A DNA stretch of 64,000 nt, taken from an uncultured SAR86 cluster bacterium. GTDB taxonomy: Bacteria > Pseudomonadota > Gammaproteobacteria > Magnimaribacterales > AG-339-G14. Position 1 is the first letter of the stretch. Every line of letters starts with the position of its first letter. Position numbers and translations under genes: made by a program. The notes below the pieces were generated by a model. That model was not told where the DNA came from. It did no database searches and worked only from the letters and a program-made list of their open reading frames with translations. Shown here in pieces: positions 1 to 7,754 of the stretch. The stretch is taken from assembly GCA_902560275.1 (NCBI GenBank), contig CACELJ010000002.1, positions 41 to 64,040 on the forward strand. Reading direction: 5' to 3'.

Positions 1-1
1 T

Positions 2-211
2 TTACTTACTAAGGCAGAGTTATCTAAGCTTTTCAAACAGACAAATGAAAAAGGATTGAGTTGCATCCCCATAAAAATTTTTTGGAAAAATAATTTAGTT
101 AAAGTAAAAATTTCTGTGGCTCGAGGAAAATCAAAATACGATAAGAGACACTCATTGAAAAATAAGGAGTGGAGAAAGGAAAAATCTTCATTAGAAAATT
201 TTTCTAACTGA
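2..211 (+). CDS. smpB: SsrA-binding protein SmpB, C-terminal fragment (5' end outside window)
   Basis: Frame 2 reads LLTKAELSKLFKQTNEKGLSCIPIKIFWKNNLVKVKISVARGKSKYDKRHSLKNKEWRKEKSSLENFSN then TGA at 209-211. It has the basic SmpB-type tail (GK..YDKR) and the tmRNA gene follows 30 nt downstream. Confidence 0.85.
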   Translation, partial: LLTKAELSKLFKQTNEKGLSCIPIKIFWKNNLVKVKISVARGKSKYDKRHSLKNKEWRKEKSSLENFSN

Positions 212-241
212 TGATGATTAGATACAATTACTTGCTTTTTT

Positions 242-590
242 GGGGGCGAACAGGATTAGACATCTTTCTTTCGAACCTTAAGTGCATGTCGAGATTGAGG
301 AGTTCTCGTTAAACAATTCTCAAAACAATTAGTTGGCAAAAACAACTACGCACTAGCTGCATAATTAAGCTAGCTTCCTTACCCTGACTTCTACTAAGGG
401 ATAAGCGAAGTCGACTAGTAGAATGCTTGAAATGTGTTGCTCAGACCCATTTTGATAAGACTTTTCTGAGCTTACTCTTCTAATCCCTTTTCATCGGGCC
501 ATGGAAGTAAAAGAAAATTGATGAAATAAGCATGTAGATCTGAAGGTTAGAGTTAGTTGGACGCGGGTTCGATACCCGCCGCCTCCACCA
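242..590 (+). ncRNA. ssrA: tmRNA (SsrA), one-piece
   Basis: 5' GGGGGCG pairs with 3' CGCCUCC followed by ACCA, including a G3:U pair. The 3' end GGACGCGGGTTCGATACCCGCCGCCTCCACCA closely resembles the E. coli ssrA T-arm and acceptor. The internal tag frame GGC AAA AAC AAC TAC GCA CTA GCT GCA TAA lies at 335-364. Confidence 0.9.
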
Positions 591-610
591 AAATTAGAAA
601 TTAAATTGAT

Positions 611-2743
611 CTATTTTATTGATAATCTATTTTCTATATTTCCTAAGATGAATGAAAAGATTTCTGAATAAGAATCTAAGATTATCTCGGTTGGAGTGCC
701 TGCACCATGTCCTGCTTCAGTTTCAATTCTAATGAGGATAGGATTATCTCCACTTTGTAATTCCTGTAATGAAGCGGCAAACTTATATGAATGTGCTGGG
801 ACTACCCTATCGTCATGATCGCCTGTTGTTATCAATGTGGCGGGATAAGAGACTTCGTCTTTAATATTGTGTAATGGTGAATAAGACAAAAGATAGTTAA
901 ACATCTCTTCGCTATCATCCGATGTACCGTAATCATAAGCCCAGCCTGCACCGGCAGTAAATTTATGATACCTGAGCATATCTAGTACACCCACCGCAGG
1001 GAGAGCAACTCTAGCAAGCTGAGGCTCTTGGGTCATAACAGCACCAACTAAAAGACCTCCGTTTGAACCTCCTCTCAAAATTAAGTTTTCTGATTTTGTA
1101 TAGCCCTCTGAAAAAAGAAATCTTGCGGCATAGATAAAATCATCAAATACATTTTGCTTGTTCATTTTTGTCCCAGATAGATGCCATTTCTTCCCATATT
1201 CTCCGCCCCCTCTGATATTTGGAACCGCATAAACTCCGCCTTTTTCTAACCAATAAGCCATAATGCTGCTGAAATTTGGAGTGAGAGAAATATTAAAACC
1301 TCCATATCCATAAAGAATTGTTGGATTTTTACCATTTTTAATCAGACCTTTTTTATATGTGATGATCATTGGAACTTTCGTTCCATCTTTGGAAGTGTAA
1401 AAAACCTGCTCTGATATATATTTTTCAGGATCAAAATTTATCTTTGGCTTGAAATAAATTTTTGATTTACCGCTCTTAGGATTGATGCTGAAGATTGTGG
1501 GAGGTGTATGATAATTGGAGAAAGAATAGAAAAGTTCATCATCCTCTCTTTTCCCTGAGATTGGAGAAACACTACCTATACCCGGTAGATCGACTTCTCT
1601 AATGAGCTTTCCAGAAAAATCATATTGTAAAGTCTTTGAAATTGCATTCTGCATTAACTCTACAAATATATATCCTCCTGAAGAGCTTGGACTCATTACG
1701 GAATCCTGTTCTGGGATTAAATCCTTGGATTTATTTAAAGAAGGGTCTGTGGCTTGAACTGAAATAATTTTTTGATTATCAGCGTTATTGTTAGTCACTA
1801 AAAAAAGTTCGTCATCTAGACTATCCAATAAATAAACATCGATAGAAAGATCATCATTTATAGTTTTAATTTCTAGATTCTCATCTGAGTGATTTATTAA
1901 ATAGAGCTCATTTCCAGATGTGGAATTTGCGGCAGATATAATTAAGTAATTTTGATCTTCTGTTACAGAGGATGAAACATATCTTCTTTTTTGCTCAGCT
2001 TTGTTTCCAAAGATAACTTGATCTTTTTCTTGAGTATTTCCTAATTTATGAAAGTAAAGTTTATGATTATTATTCAAAGAACTTAGTTCACTTCCTTCAG
2101 GAGCATCGTAAGTAGAATAGTAGATACCCTCATTGTTTTTCCAACTTAATGAAGAAAACTTAACGTTGATTAGAGAATCTGATAACAATGATTTGGTTTC
2201 TGTATCTAAAAAAAATACTTTCCTCCAATCACTTCCACCTTCAGAAATTGCATAAGCAGCAACACTTCCATCTTTACTAAAACTAATATCAGATAAAGAG
2301 ATAGTTCCATCTTCACTGAATGAGTTAGGATCTAAAAAGATTTCCTCAACCCCTTGAGAGTCTTTTCGGTAAAGCACTGATTGATTTTGTAGGCCACTAT
2401 TCTTGAAAAAATAAATGTAATTTCCTTCTCTGAAGGGCGAAGAAAATTTCTCATAGTTCCAAATTTGTTTTAATCCATCTTTTATTTGCTCTTTGAATCC
2501 TAAACTTTTGAAGTATTTATCAGTAAAGAGATTTTGATCCTCTATCCACCTCTTTGTCTCTTTATCCAGATCATCCTCAAGCCATCTATATGGATCTTGA
2601 ATTTCTTTTGAAAAATATAAATCAGAAATATTAACTTTTTTAGTCATGGGATAAATTGATTTCAAATTATTATTATCAACCACGCTTAACTGCTCGCACG
2701 ATAACAAACTAATGAAAATAAGGATTATGGCTAGTTTTCGCAT
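611..2743 (-). CDS. Prolyl oligopeptidase (peptidase S9A), probable lipoprotein
   Basis: 710 aa. The N-terminus MRKLAIILIFISLLSC is lipobox-like. DPYRWLED is the typical S9A N-terminal motif. GGSNGGLLVG is the catalytic serine motif, and a C-terminal GDHDDRV / HGAG region is present. Confidence 0.85.
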   Translation of the reverse strand: MRKLAIILIFISLLSCEQLSVVDNNNLKSIYPMTKKVNISDLYFSKEIQDPYRWLEDDLDKETKRWIEDQNLFTDKYFKSLGFKEQIKDGLKQIWNYEKFSSPFREGNYIYFFKNSGLQNQSVLYRKDSQGVEEIFLDPNSFSEDGTISLSDISFSKDGSVAAYAISEGGSDWRKVFFLDTETKSLLSDSLINVKFSSLSWKNNEGIYYSTYDAPEGSELSSLNNNHKLYFHKLGNTQEKDQVIFGNKAEQKRRYVSSSVTEDQNYLIISAANSTSGNELYLINHSDENLEIKTINDDLSIDVYLLDSLDDELFLVTNNNADNQKIISVQATDPSLNKSKDLIPEQDSVMSPSSSGGYIFVELMQNAISKTLQYDFSGKLIREVDLPGIGSVSPISGKREDDELFYSFSNYHTPPTIFSINPKSGKSKIYFKPKINFDPEKYISEQVFYTSKDGTKVPMIITYKKGLIKNGKNPTILYGYGGFNISLTPNFSSIMAYWLEKGGVYAVPNIRGGGEYGKKWHLSGTKMNKQNVFDDFIYAARFLFSEGYTKSENLILRGGSNGGLLVGAVMTQEPQLARVALPAVGVLDMLRYHKFTAGAGWAYDYGTSDDSEEMFNYLLSYSPLHNIKDEVSYPATLITTGDHDDRVVPAHSYKFAASLQELQSGDNPILIRIETEAGHGAGTPTEIILDSYSEIFSFILGNIENRLSIK

Positions 2744-2770
2744 GAATGAATAAACTTATTAAGTATTATA

Positions 2771-2799
2771 TTGACAAATTAGTTTGTTATCTTCATCAT
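2771..2799 (+). promoter_or_regulatory. Candidate sigma70-type promoter of rpsT (TTGACA-17-CATCAT)
   Basis: Perfect -35 TTGACA at 2771-2776, a 17-nt spacer, then CATCAT at 2794-2799. Only 9 nt separate it from the rpsT ATG at 2809. By-eye call only. Confidence 0.35.
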
Positions 2800-2808
2800 T
2801 CCGCACCT

Positions 2809-3078
2809 ATGGCAAACATTAAATCAGCAATTAAAAGAGCTAGGCAAGCTAATAGAAGAAATGCCCTTAAAAGCTCTCAACGTGCTTCTGCGAGGACAAG
2901 TATTAAGGCTTTTGAAAAAGCACTTGATGATAAGGATATTGAAGCTGCCGGGAGTGAGTTTAAGAAAACTCAGAAACTGATGGACAAACTTGCCAATAAA
3001 AAAGTTCTTCCTAAAAACCACGTTGCAAGAACTAAATCAAGACTCAACAAAAAATTCAAAGCTCTTAAGTCAGCTTAA
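2809..3078 (+). CDS. rpsT: 30S ribosomal protein S20
   Basis: An internal ATG gives MANIKSAIKRARQANRRN, the canonical S20 N-terminus. The ORF-track start at 2746 adds 21 non-conserved residues. Confidence 0.9.
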   Translation: MANIKSAIKRARQANRRNALKSSQRASARTSIKAFEKALDDKDIEAAGSEFKKTQKLMDKLANKKVLPKNHVARTKSRLNKKFKALKSA

Positions 3079-3840
3079 TTTCAATCTAGTTCTCTTTTTT
3101 TGGTTCTGTAATGAACCAAATAGATCTTTTTCATGACCGCTTAGGATATAGCCAATCCTTTGATTATTAATTAAGAAAATTTTCATAGCTGACAATTTAG
3201 TTTTCATGCCTCCTCTTCCTAACTTACCAGAGTCTCCAAAAATAATTTTTTGATTTGAAAGTGCTTTAAGGCTGACTTCGTCAATAAGAACTGCGTCCTT
3301 ATTTGTTCTTGGATCTTTTGAATATAAACCCTTTTGATCTGTATAAAGTATAAGTTTTTTAGAACTAATAAGATTCGCTAGTTTTGCACTTAATTGATCA
3401 TTATCTCCTCTCTCAATTTCTTCTGTTGATACAGAATCATTTTCATTGACTATTGGCGTTATACCCCATCTCAGGAGATTATTGATGCTTGATTTAATAT
3501 TATTGGATTTTGTTTCAGATTTAAAATCACTGTGACTGAGGAGAACTTGAGCAACCTCTATTTTAAATTTATCAAAATTTTTCTGGTAAGCATTAATAAG
3601 CCCTATTTGGCCAACAGCTGATAATGATTGAAGTTGTTTGATATTCTTTGGTTTTTTTTCTATTCCTCTTTTCTTCATTCCATAGGAAATTGCGCCAGAT
3701 GAAACTAAAACTACATCAAAATCATTTTCTCTGAATTTCTGAATGCACTTAGCAAGTCTTTTAAAAAAAGCTGAATTTTCTGGACTTCCTTGTGAAATTA
3801 AGGAGGAACCTACTTTCATTACTACTATTGAATTACTCAT
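3070..3840 (-). CDS. proB: Glutamate 5-kinase (short form, no PUA domain)
   Basis: 256 aa with an amino-acid kinase fold N-terminus (VVMKVGSSLI) and NENDSVS and GRGGMxTK motifs. It sits downstream of obg as in the rplU-rpmA-obg-proB synteny. Confidence 0.85.
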   Translation of the reverse strand: MSNSIVVMKVGSSLISQGSPENSAFFKRLAKCIQKFRENDFDVVLVSSGAISYGMKKRGIEKKPKNIKQLQSLSAVGQIGLINAYQKNFDKFKIEVAQVLLSHSDFKSETKSNNIKSSINNLLRWGITPIVNENDSVSTEEIERGDNDQLSAKLANLISSKKLILYTDQKGLYSKDPRTNKDAVLIDEVSLKALSNQKIIFGDSGKLGRGGMKTKLSAMKIFLINNQRIGYILSGHEKDLFGSLQNQKKRTRLKLS

Positions 3841-4843
3841 TACTGTTAATCTCTATGATTTTTATGCTGACCTTTTTGACTAGTTCGCTTAATCCTTCCC
3901 CAGTTATAGAAGATATTAAAAAAACCTCATTGCTGTAAATCTTTTTTGCCTTAGATAAATAATCATCCTTCGATTCTGTTTTTGTGTCTGCTTTAGTTAG
4001 TACAATCCATTGCTCTAGTTTAGATAAAGATTCGTCAAATTCTTTAAGCTCTTTATCTAAAGAATTCTTTTTTACCTCTACATCTTCAGGTTTGATTTCT
4101 GATACATCAATTAGATGAAGCAATAACTTCACTCGAGATAAATGTTTTAAAAATCTTATCCCAAGCCCTGCTCCCTTGGCAGCTCCCGGAATTAATCCTG
4201 GAATATCTGCAATTACATATGGATTGAGGGATTTAGCCTCAACCACTCCAAGATTAGGGGTTAGAGTAGTAAATGGATAGTCGGCTATTTTGGGTTTTGC
4301 CTCAGATATACTCGAAATTAGGGTAGATTTTCCTGCATTTGGAAATCCTAAGAGACCAACATCAGCTATTAATCTTAGCTCTAACTGAAGCGATAGCTCT
4401 TCTCCCTTTTCTCCATCTGTAGTTTTTCTGGGAGCTCTATTGGTAGATGATTTGAACCTTGCATTCCCTAATCCTCCCTTTCCTCCAGAAACAACTTCAA
4501 AAAGATCGCCATCTTTTTTTAAGTCTGCTATCTCTTCTTTAGTTGATTCCTCAAAAACAACAGTACCAACGGGAACTTTTAAAATTATGTCACTGGCATC
4601 CTTGCCATGTTTATTTTTACCCTCACCAGGAGAACCATTTTTAGCTTGGTATTTTTTTTGTAATCTAAAATCTTGCAGCGTTGTTAAAGAGCCATCAGCT
4701 TTAAGAAAAATGCTTCCGCCCTTTCCTCCGTCGCCACCATCGGGGCCACCCTTAGGAATAAATTTTTCTCTCCTGAAGCTCAAACATCCGTTTCCACCAG
4801 AGCCAGCTATTAATTGAATAGCAGCTTCGTCAATGAAGCTCAT
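3833..4843 (-). CDS. obg: GTPase Obg/CgtA
   Basis: MSFIDEAAIQLIAGSGGNGCLSFRREKFIPKGGPDGGDGGKGG is the glycine-rich Obg fold. The G1 motif is GFPNAGKST. It follows rpmA. Confidence 0.95.
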   Translation of the reverse strand: MSFIDEAAIQLIAGSGGNGCLSFRREKFIPKGGPDGGDGGKGGSIFLKADGSLTTLQDFRLQKKYQAKNGSPGEGKNKHGKDASDIILKVPVGTVVFEESTKEEIADLKKDGDLFEVVSGGKGGLGNARFKSSTNRAPRKTTDGEKGEELSLQLELRLIADVGLLGFPNAGKSTLISSISEAKPKIADYPFTTLTPNLGVVEAKSLNPYVIADIPGLIPGAAKGAGLGIRFLKHLSRVKLLLHLIDVSEIKPEDVEVKKNSLDKELKEFDESLSKLEQWIVLTKADTKTESKDDYLSKAKKIYSNEVFLISSITGEGLSELVKKVSIKIIEINSNE

Positions 4844-4846
4844 TAT

Positions 4847-5107
4847 TTAATCTGCGGGAGTGATATTTATGAATTGTCTAAGATTTCTACCTTTTTTGCT
4901 GAAAGATACAGTGCCGTCAATTTTTGCAAAAAGTGTATGATCTTTTCCAATTCCAACATTTGTGCCAGGATGAAACTTTGTGCCCCTTTGCCTGACTAGA
5001 ATAGAGCCAGCAGATACCAGTTGGCCGCCGTACCTTTTAACGCCTAGTCTTTTAGATTCAGAATCTCTTCCGTTTCTACTACTACCACCTGCTTTTTTAT
5101 GTGCCAT
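4847..5107 (-). CDS. rpmA: 50S ribosomal protein L27
   Basis: [24 protein letters not shown] is the canonical L27 N-terminus. Confidence 0.97.
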   Translation of the reverse strand: MAHKKAGGSSRNGRDSESKRLGVKRYGGQLVSAGSILVRQRGTKFHPGTNVGIGKDHTLFAKIDGTVSFSKKGRNLRQFINITPAD

Positions 5108-5109
5108 AC

Positions 5110-5421
5110 TTAAACCGAAATTTGCTCTATTTGAATTTCACTATAATTTTGACGATGACCTTGCTTTTTCCTGTAGTCCTTCCTTCTTTTCATCTTGATA
5201 ATAGTTACTTTATCTTCTTTTCCGTGTCGAAGGATTTTTGCAGTTACCTTCGCCCCTTCAATAAAAGGTGAGCCAAGAGTAACTTCGCCATCTTTCTCAA
5301 TTAATAGCACATCAGTAATATCAACAGGTTCTCCTTCAGAAGCTTTAAGTTTTTCAACTTTAAGGATTTCTCCTTCAGCAACTTTATGCTGTTTACCACC
5401 TGTTTTGATTACCGCGTACAT
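5110..5421 (-). CDS. rplU: 50S ribosomal protein L21
   Basis: [18 protein letters not shown] is the canonical L21 N-terminus. It lies upstream of rpmA. Confidence 0.97.
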   Translation of the reverse strand: MYAVIKTGGKQHKVAEGEILKVEKLKASEGEPVDITDVLLIEKDGEVTLGSPFIEGAKVTAKILRHGKEDKVTIIKMKRRKDYRKKQGHRQNYSEIQIEQISV

Positions 5422-5444
5422 TTATATATCAAAATTGAGGTCGA

Positions 5445-5473
5445 ATGATATCTAAATAAGTTCTTTGTCGCAA
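5445..5473 (-). promoter_or_regulatory. Candidate promoter of rplU-rpmA-obg-proB (TTGCGA-17-TATCAT)
   Basis: The minus strand reads TTGCGA caaagaacttatttaga TATCAT, 23 nt upstream of the rplU ATG. By-eye sigma70 match. Confidence 0.4.
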
Positions 5474-5514
5474 TAGATTCGATAAATCAACTATGATAAT
5501 TTGTACTTGAGAGA

Positions 5515-6039
5515 TTGATGAAATTTACAGAAAAGAATTCTTTCACCAAAGAAGAACTTCAACTTTGCTCTAACGGAAAGCTATTTCATGAAAATGATGG
5601 AAAGCTTCCGAGTAGCAATATGCTGATGTTAGATAGAATTACTTCAATATCAGGAGATCAGGGTAATTACTCAAATGGACTAATAGAAGCAGAGCTTGAT
5701 ATCAATGAGAATCTTTGGTTTTTTGATTGTCATTTCAAAGATGATCCAGTTATGCCCGGATGCTTAGGTTTGGATGCAATGTGGCAAATTTTAGGGTTTT
5801 ATTTACTTTGGTCTGGGAATCATGGAATAGGAAGAGCTCTTGGTGCCGGGCAGGTAAAATTTTATGGTCAAGTGCTTCCTCATGCTAAAACAGTTAAATA
5901 TGAGATTCATGTAAAAAGAATGCTCTCAACAAAAACTGTTCTTGGAGTTGCAGACGGATTAATGTACGTTGATGGGAAGGAAATTTATTCAGCGAAGAAC
6001 TTAAAAGTTGGGCTTTTTGAGAACCCTGGTAATTTTTGA
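5515..6039 (+). CDS. fabA: 3-hydroxydecanoyl-ACP dehydratase/isomerase
   Basis: 174 aa with [13 protein letters not shown]...[12 protein letters not shown]...[20 protein letters not shown]. This aligns with the FabA active-site region (His in CHF, Asp in PGCLGLDA). Confidence 0.93.
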   Translation: MMKFTEKNSFTKEELQLCSNGKLFHENDGKLPSSNMLMLDRITSISGDQGNYSNGLIEAELDINENLWFFDCHFKDDPVMPGCLGLDAMWQILGFYLLWSGNHGIGRALGAGQVKFYGQVLPHAKTVKYEIHVKRMLSTKTVLGVADGLMYVDGKEIYSAKNLKVGLFENPGNF

Positions 6040-7265
6040 TGAGTACTTTAAAAAGAGCAGTAATAACAGGAATTGGTGCCATATCTTGCATAGGTAACAA
6101 TATTTCTGAAATAACGAAATCTCTTAAATTGGGTACATCTGGGATACGTTTCAATGAATCGTACAAAGAACTAGGTATGCGAAGTCATATTTCTGGCTCC
6201 ATTAATTTAAATCTAAAGGATCTCATTGATAGAAAACATTTAAGATTTATGGGAGAAGCAGCAAGCTATGCCTATTTAAGTACTGCAGAGGCTATAAAAG
6301 ACTCAGGCTTGGATCTATCAAGGTTTTCTTCACAAGACGTTGGGGTCATTGCAGGTTCCGGTGGAGCATCTTCTAGAAGCCAAGTTGAAGCAGCAGAAAT
6401 AGTTAAGAGCAAAGGAGTTAAAAGAATAGGACCTTATAGAGTTACTCAAACAATGGGAAACACCGTTTCAGCAGCTCTTGCAACTTTTTTTGGCATCAAA
6501 GGGGTGAATTTCTCTATTTCCTCTGCATGCTCAACAAGTGCACATTGTATTGGATCAGCTCTGGAACAAATTCAATTGGGAAAACAAAAAATAATATTAG
6601 CTGGTGGCGCTGAAGATGAGCATTGGACAATGTCTAGTATGTTCGATGCCATGGGAGCGCTGTCTTCTTCATATAATGGGAGCCCTGAGAAAGCATCAAG
6701 GCCTTTTGATAAAGACAGAGATGGTTTTGTTATAGCAGGAGGAGCGGGCATGCTCGTCGTTGAGGAATTAGATCATGCTCTAGAAAGAAATGCTGATATT
6801 TATGCTGAAATTACTGGATATGGAGCAACTTCTGATGGAGATGATATGGTCCATCCATCCGGAGAAGGAGCAGCTAATTGCATGCTAAAGGCTGTTGAAA
6901 TGCATGGAAAAGATAATATTGATTATATTAATGCTCACGGAACTTCAACACCTGCTGGAGATCCTGTCGAGTTAGAATCTATAAAAAAGGTTTTCAAAGA
7001 TAAAATTCCTCCCATAAGCTCAACAAAATCACAAACTGGACATACCCTTGGTGCCGCTGGGGCTTTAGAAAGTATTTTTTCACTATTAATGCTAAAAAAC
7101 AGTTTTATATCAAAAACCCTTAATCTTTCTAGCTCGATTGATGAAGGTGAAGGTTTAGACTTAGTTTCAGAAGTCAGAAATCAGGATTTGGATGCTGTAA
7201 TGAATAATAGCTTTGGCTTTGGTGGAACTAACGTTAGTTTAGTTTTTGAAAAGTTAAAATCCTAA
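6039..7265 (+). CDS. fabB: 3-oxoacyl-ACP synthase I (KAS I)
   Basis: [21 protein letters not shown], active-site [19 protein letters not shown] and GHTLGAAG. The ATG at 6039 overlaps the fabA TGA (TGATG). The track start at 6036 is a TTG one codon upstream. Confidence 0.93.
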   Translation: MSTLKRAVITGIGAISCIGNNISEITKSLKLGTSGIRFNESYKELGMRSHISGSINLNLKDLIDRKHLRFMGEAASYAYLSTAEAIKDSGLDLSRFSSQDVGVIAGSGGASSRSQVEAAEIVKSKGVKRIGPYRVTQTMGNTVSAALATFFGIKGVNFSISSACSTSAHCIGSALEQIQLGKQKIILAGGAEDEHWTMSSMFDAMGALSSSYNGSPEKASRPFDKDRDGFVIAGGAGMLVVEELDHALERNADIYAEITGYGATSDGDDMVHPSGEGAANCMLKAVEMHGKDNIDYINAHGTSTPAGDPVELESIKKVFKDKIPPISSTKSQTGHTLGAAGALESIFSLLMLKNSFISKTLNLSSSIDEGEGLDLVSEVRNQDLDAVMNNSFGFGGTNVSLVFEKLKS

Positions 7266-7693
7266 AAAGGAATTTCATCATCTATGAGCCCCTCCTCAGG
7301 TTGAGGACTAGAGCTATTCATCTGAGGGCTCTGATCCAGATTATCTTCAGATCTTCGTCCTCCTAACATTTGCATTTCTCTCCCAATAATCTCTGTTGTA
7401 TATCTCTTATTTCCTTGATCGTCTTCCCAATCTCTTGTTCTTAATGATCCCTCAATATAAACAGAAGAACCTTTTTTTAAATACTCCCCACAAACTTCTG
7501 CAATTCTTCTAAAAAAAACAACTCTATGCCACTCAGTTTTTTCCTTTTTTTCTCCAGTTTGATTATCATTCCAGCTTTCAGATGTAGCGATACTCAAATT
7601 TGCAACTGCATCTCCTCCCGCCGTATACCTCATGTCAGGATCTTTCCCGAGATTACCAACTAATATAACCTTATTTATTCCGCTTCGAGCCAT
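7262..7693 (-). CDS. ssb: Single-stranded DNA-binding protein
   Basis: An internal start gives [23 protein letters not shown] with an AAGGTG Shine-Dalgarno (SD) 4 nt upstream. The acidic tail ends DDEIPF. The track start at 7732 adds 13 non-conserved residues. Confidence 0.93.
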   Translation of the reverse strand: MARSGINKVILVGNLGKDPDMRYTAGGDAVANLSIATSESWNDNQTGEKKEKTEWHRVVFFRRIAEVCGEYLKKGSSVYIEGSLRTRDWEDDQGNKRYTTEIIGREMQMLGGRRSEDNLDQSPQMNSSSPQPEEGLIDDEIPF

Positions 7694-7754
7694 AATGCAC
7701 CTTATTTTTAATGTAAATTTATTATAATCCATCTGAAAAACTATTTATAAATAA

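Noticed and set aside
211-241. Promoter for ssrA (TACAAT at 223-228).
   Set aside because: The -10-like hexamer is plausible, but no acceptable -35 sits at 16-18 nt spacing. ssrA may be co-transcribed with smpB. The support is too weak to list as a feature.
591-610. Island or prophage integration downstream of ssrA, a common attachment site.
   Set aside because: Only 20 nt separate the tmRNA 3' end from the stop of a conserved peptidase gene, and there is no repeat of the tmRNA 3' end.
7694-7754. LexA/SOS box expected between ssb and uvrA.
   Set aside because: There is no CTG-N10-CAG or CTGT...ACAG pattern. The only CTG (7733-7735) has no partner CAG.
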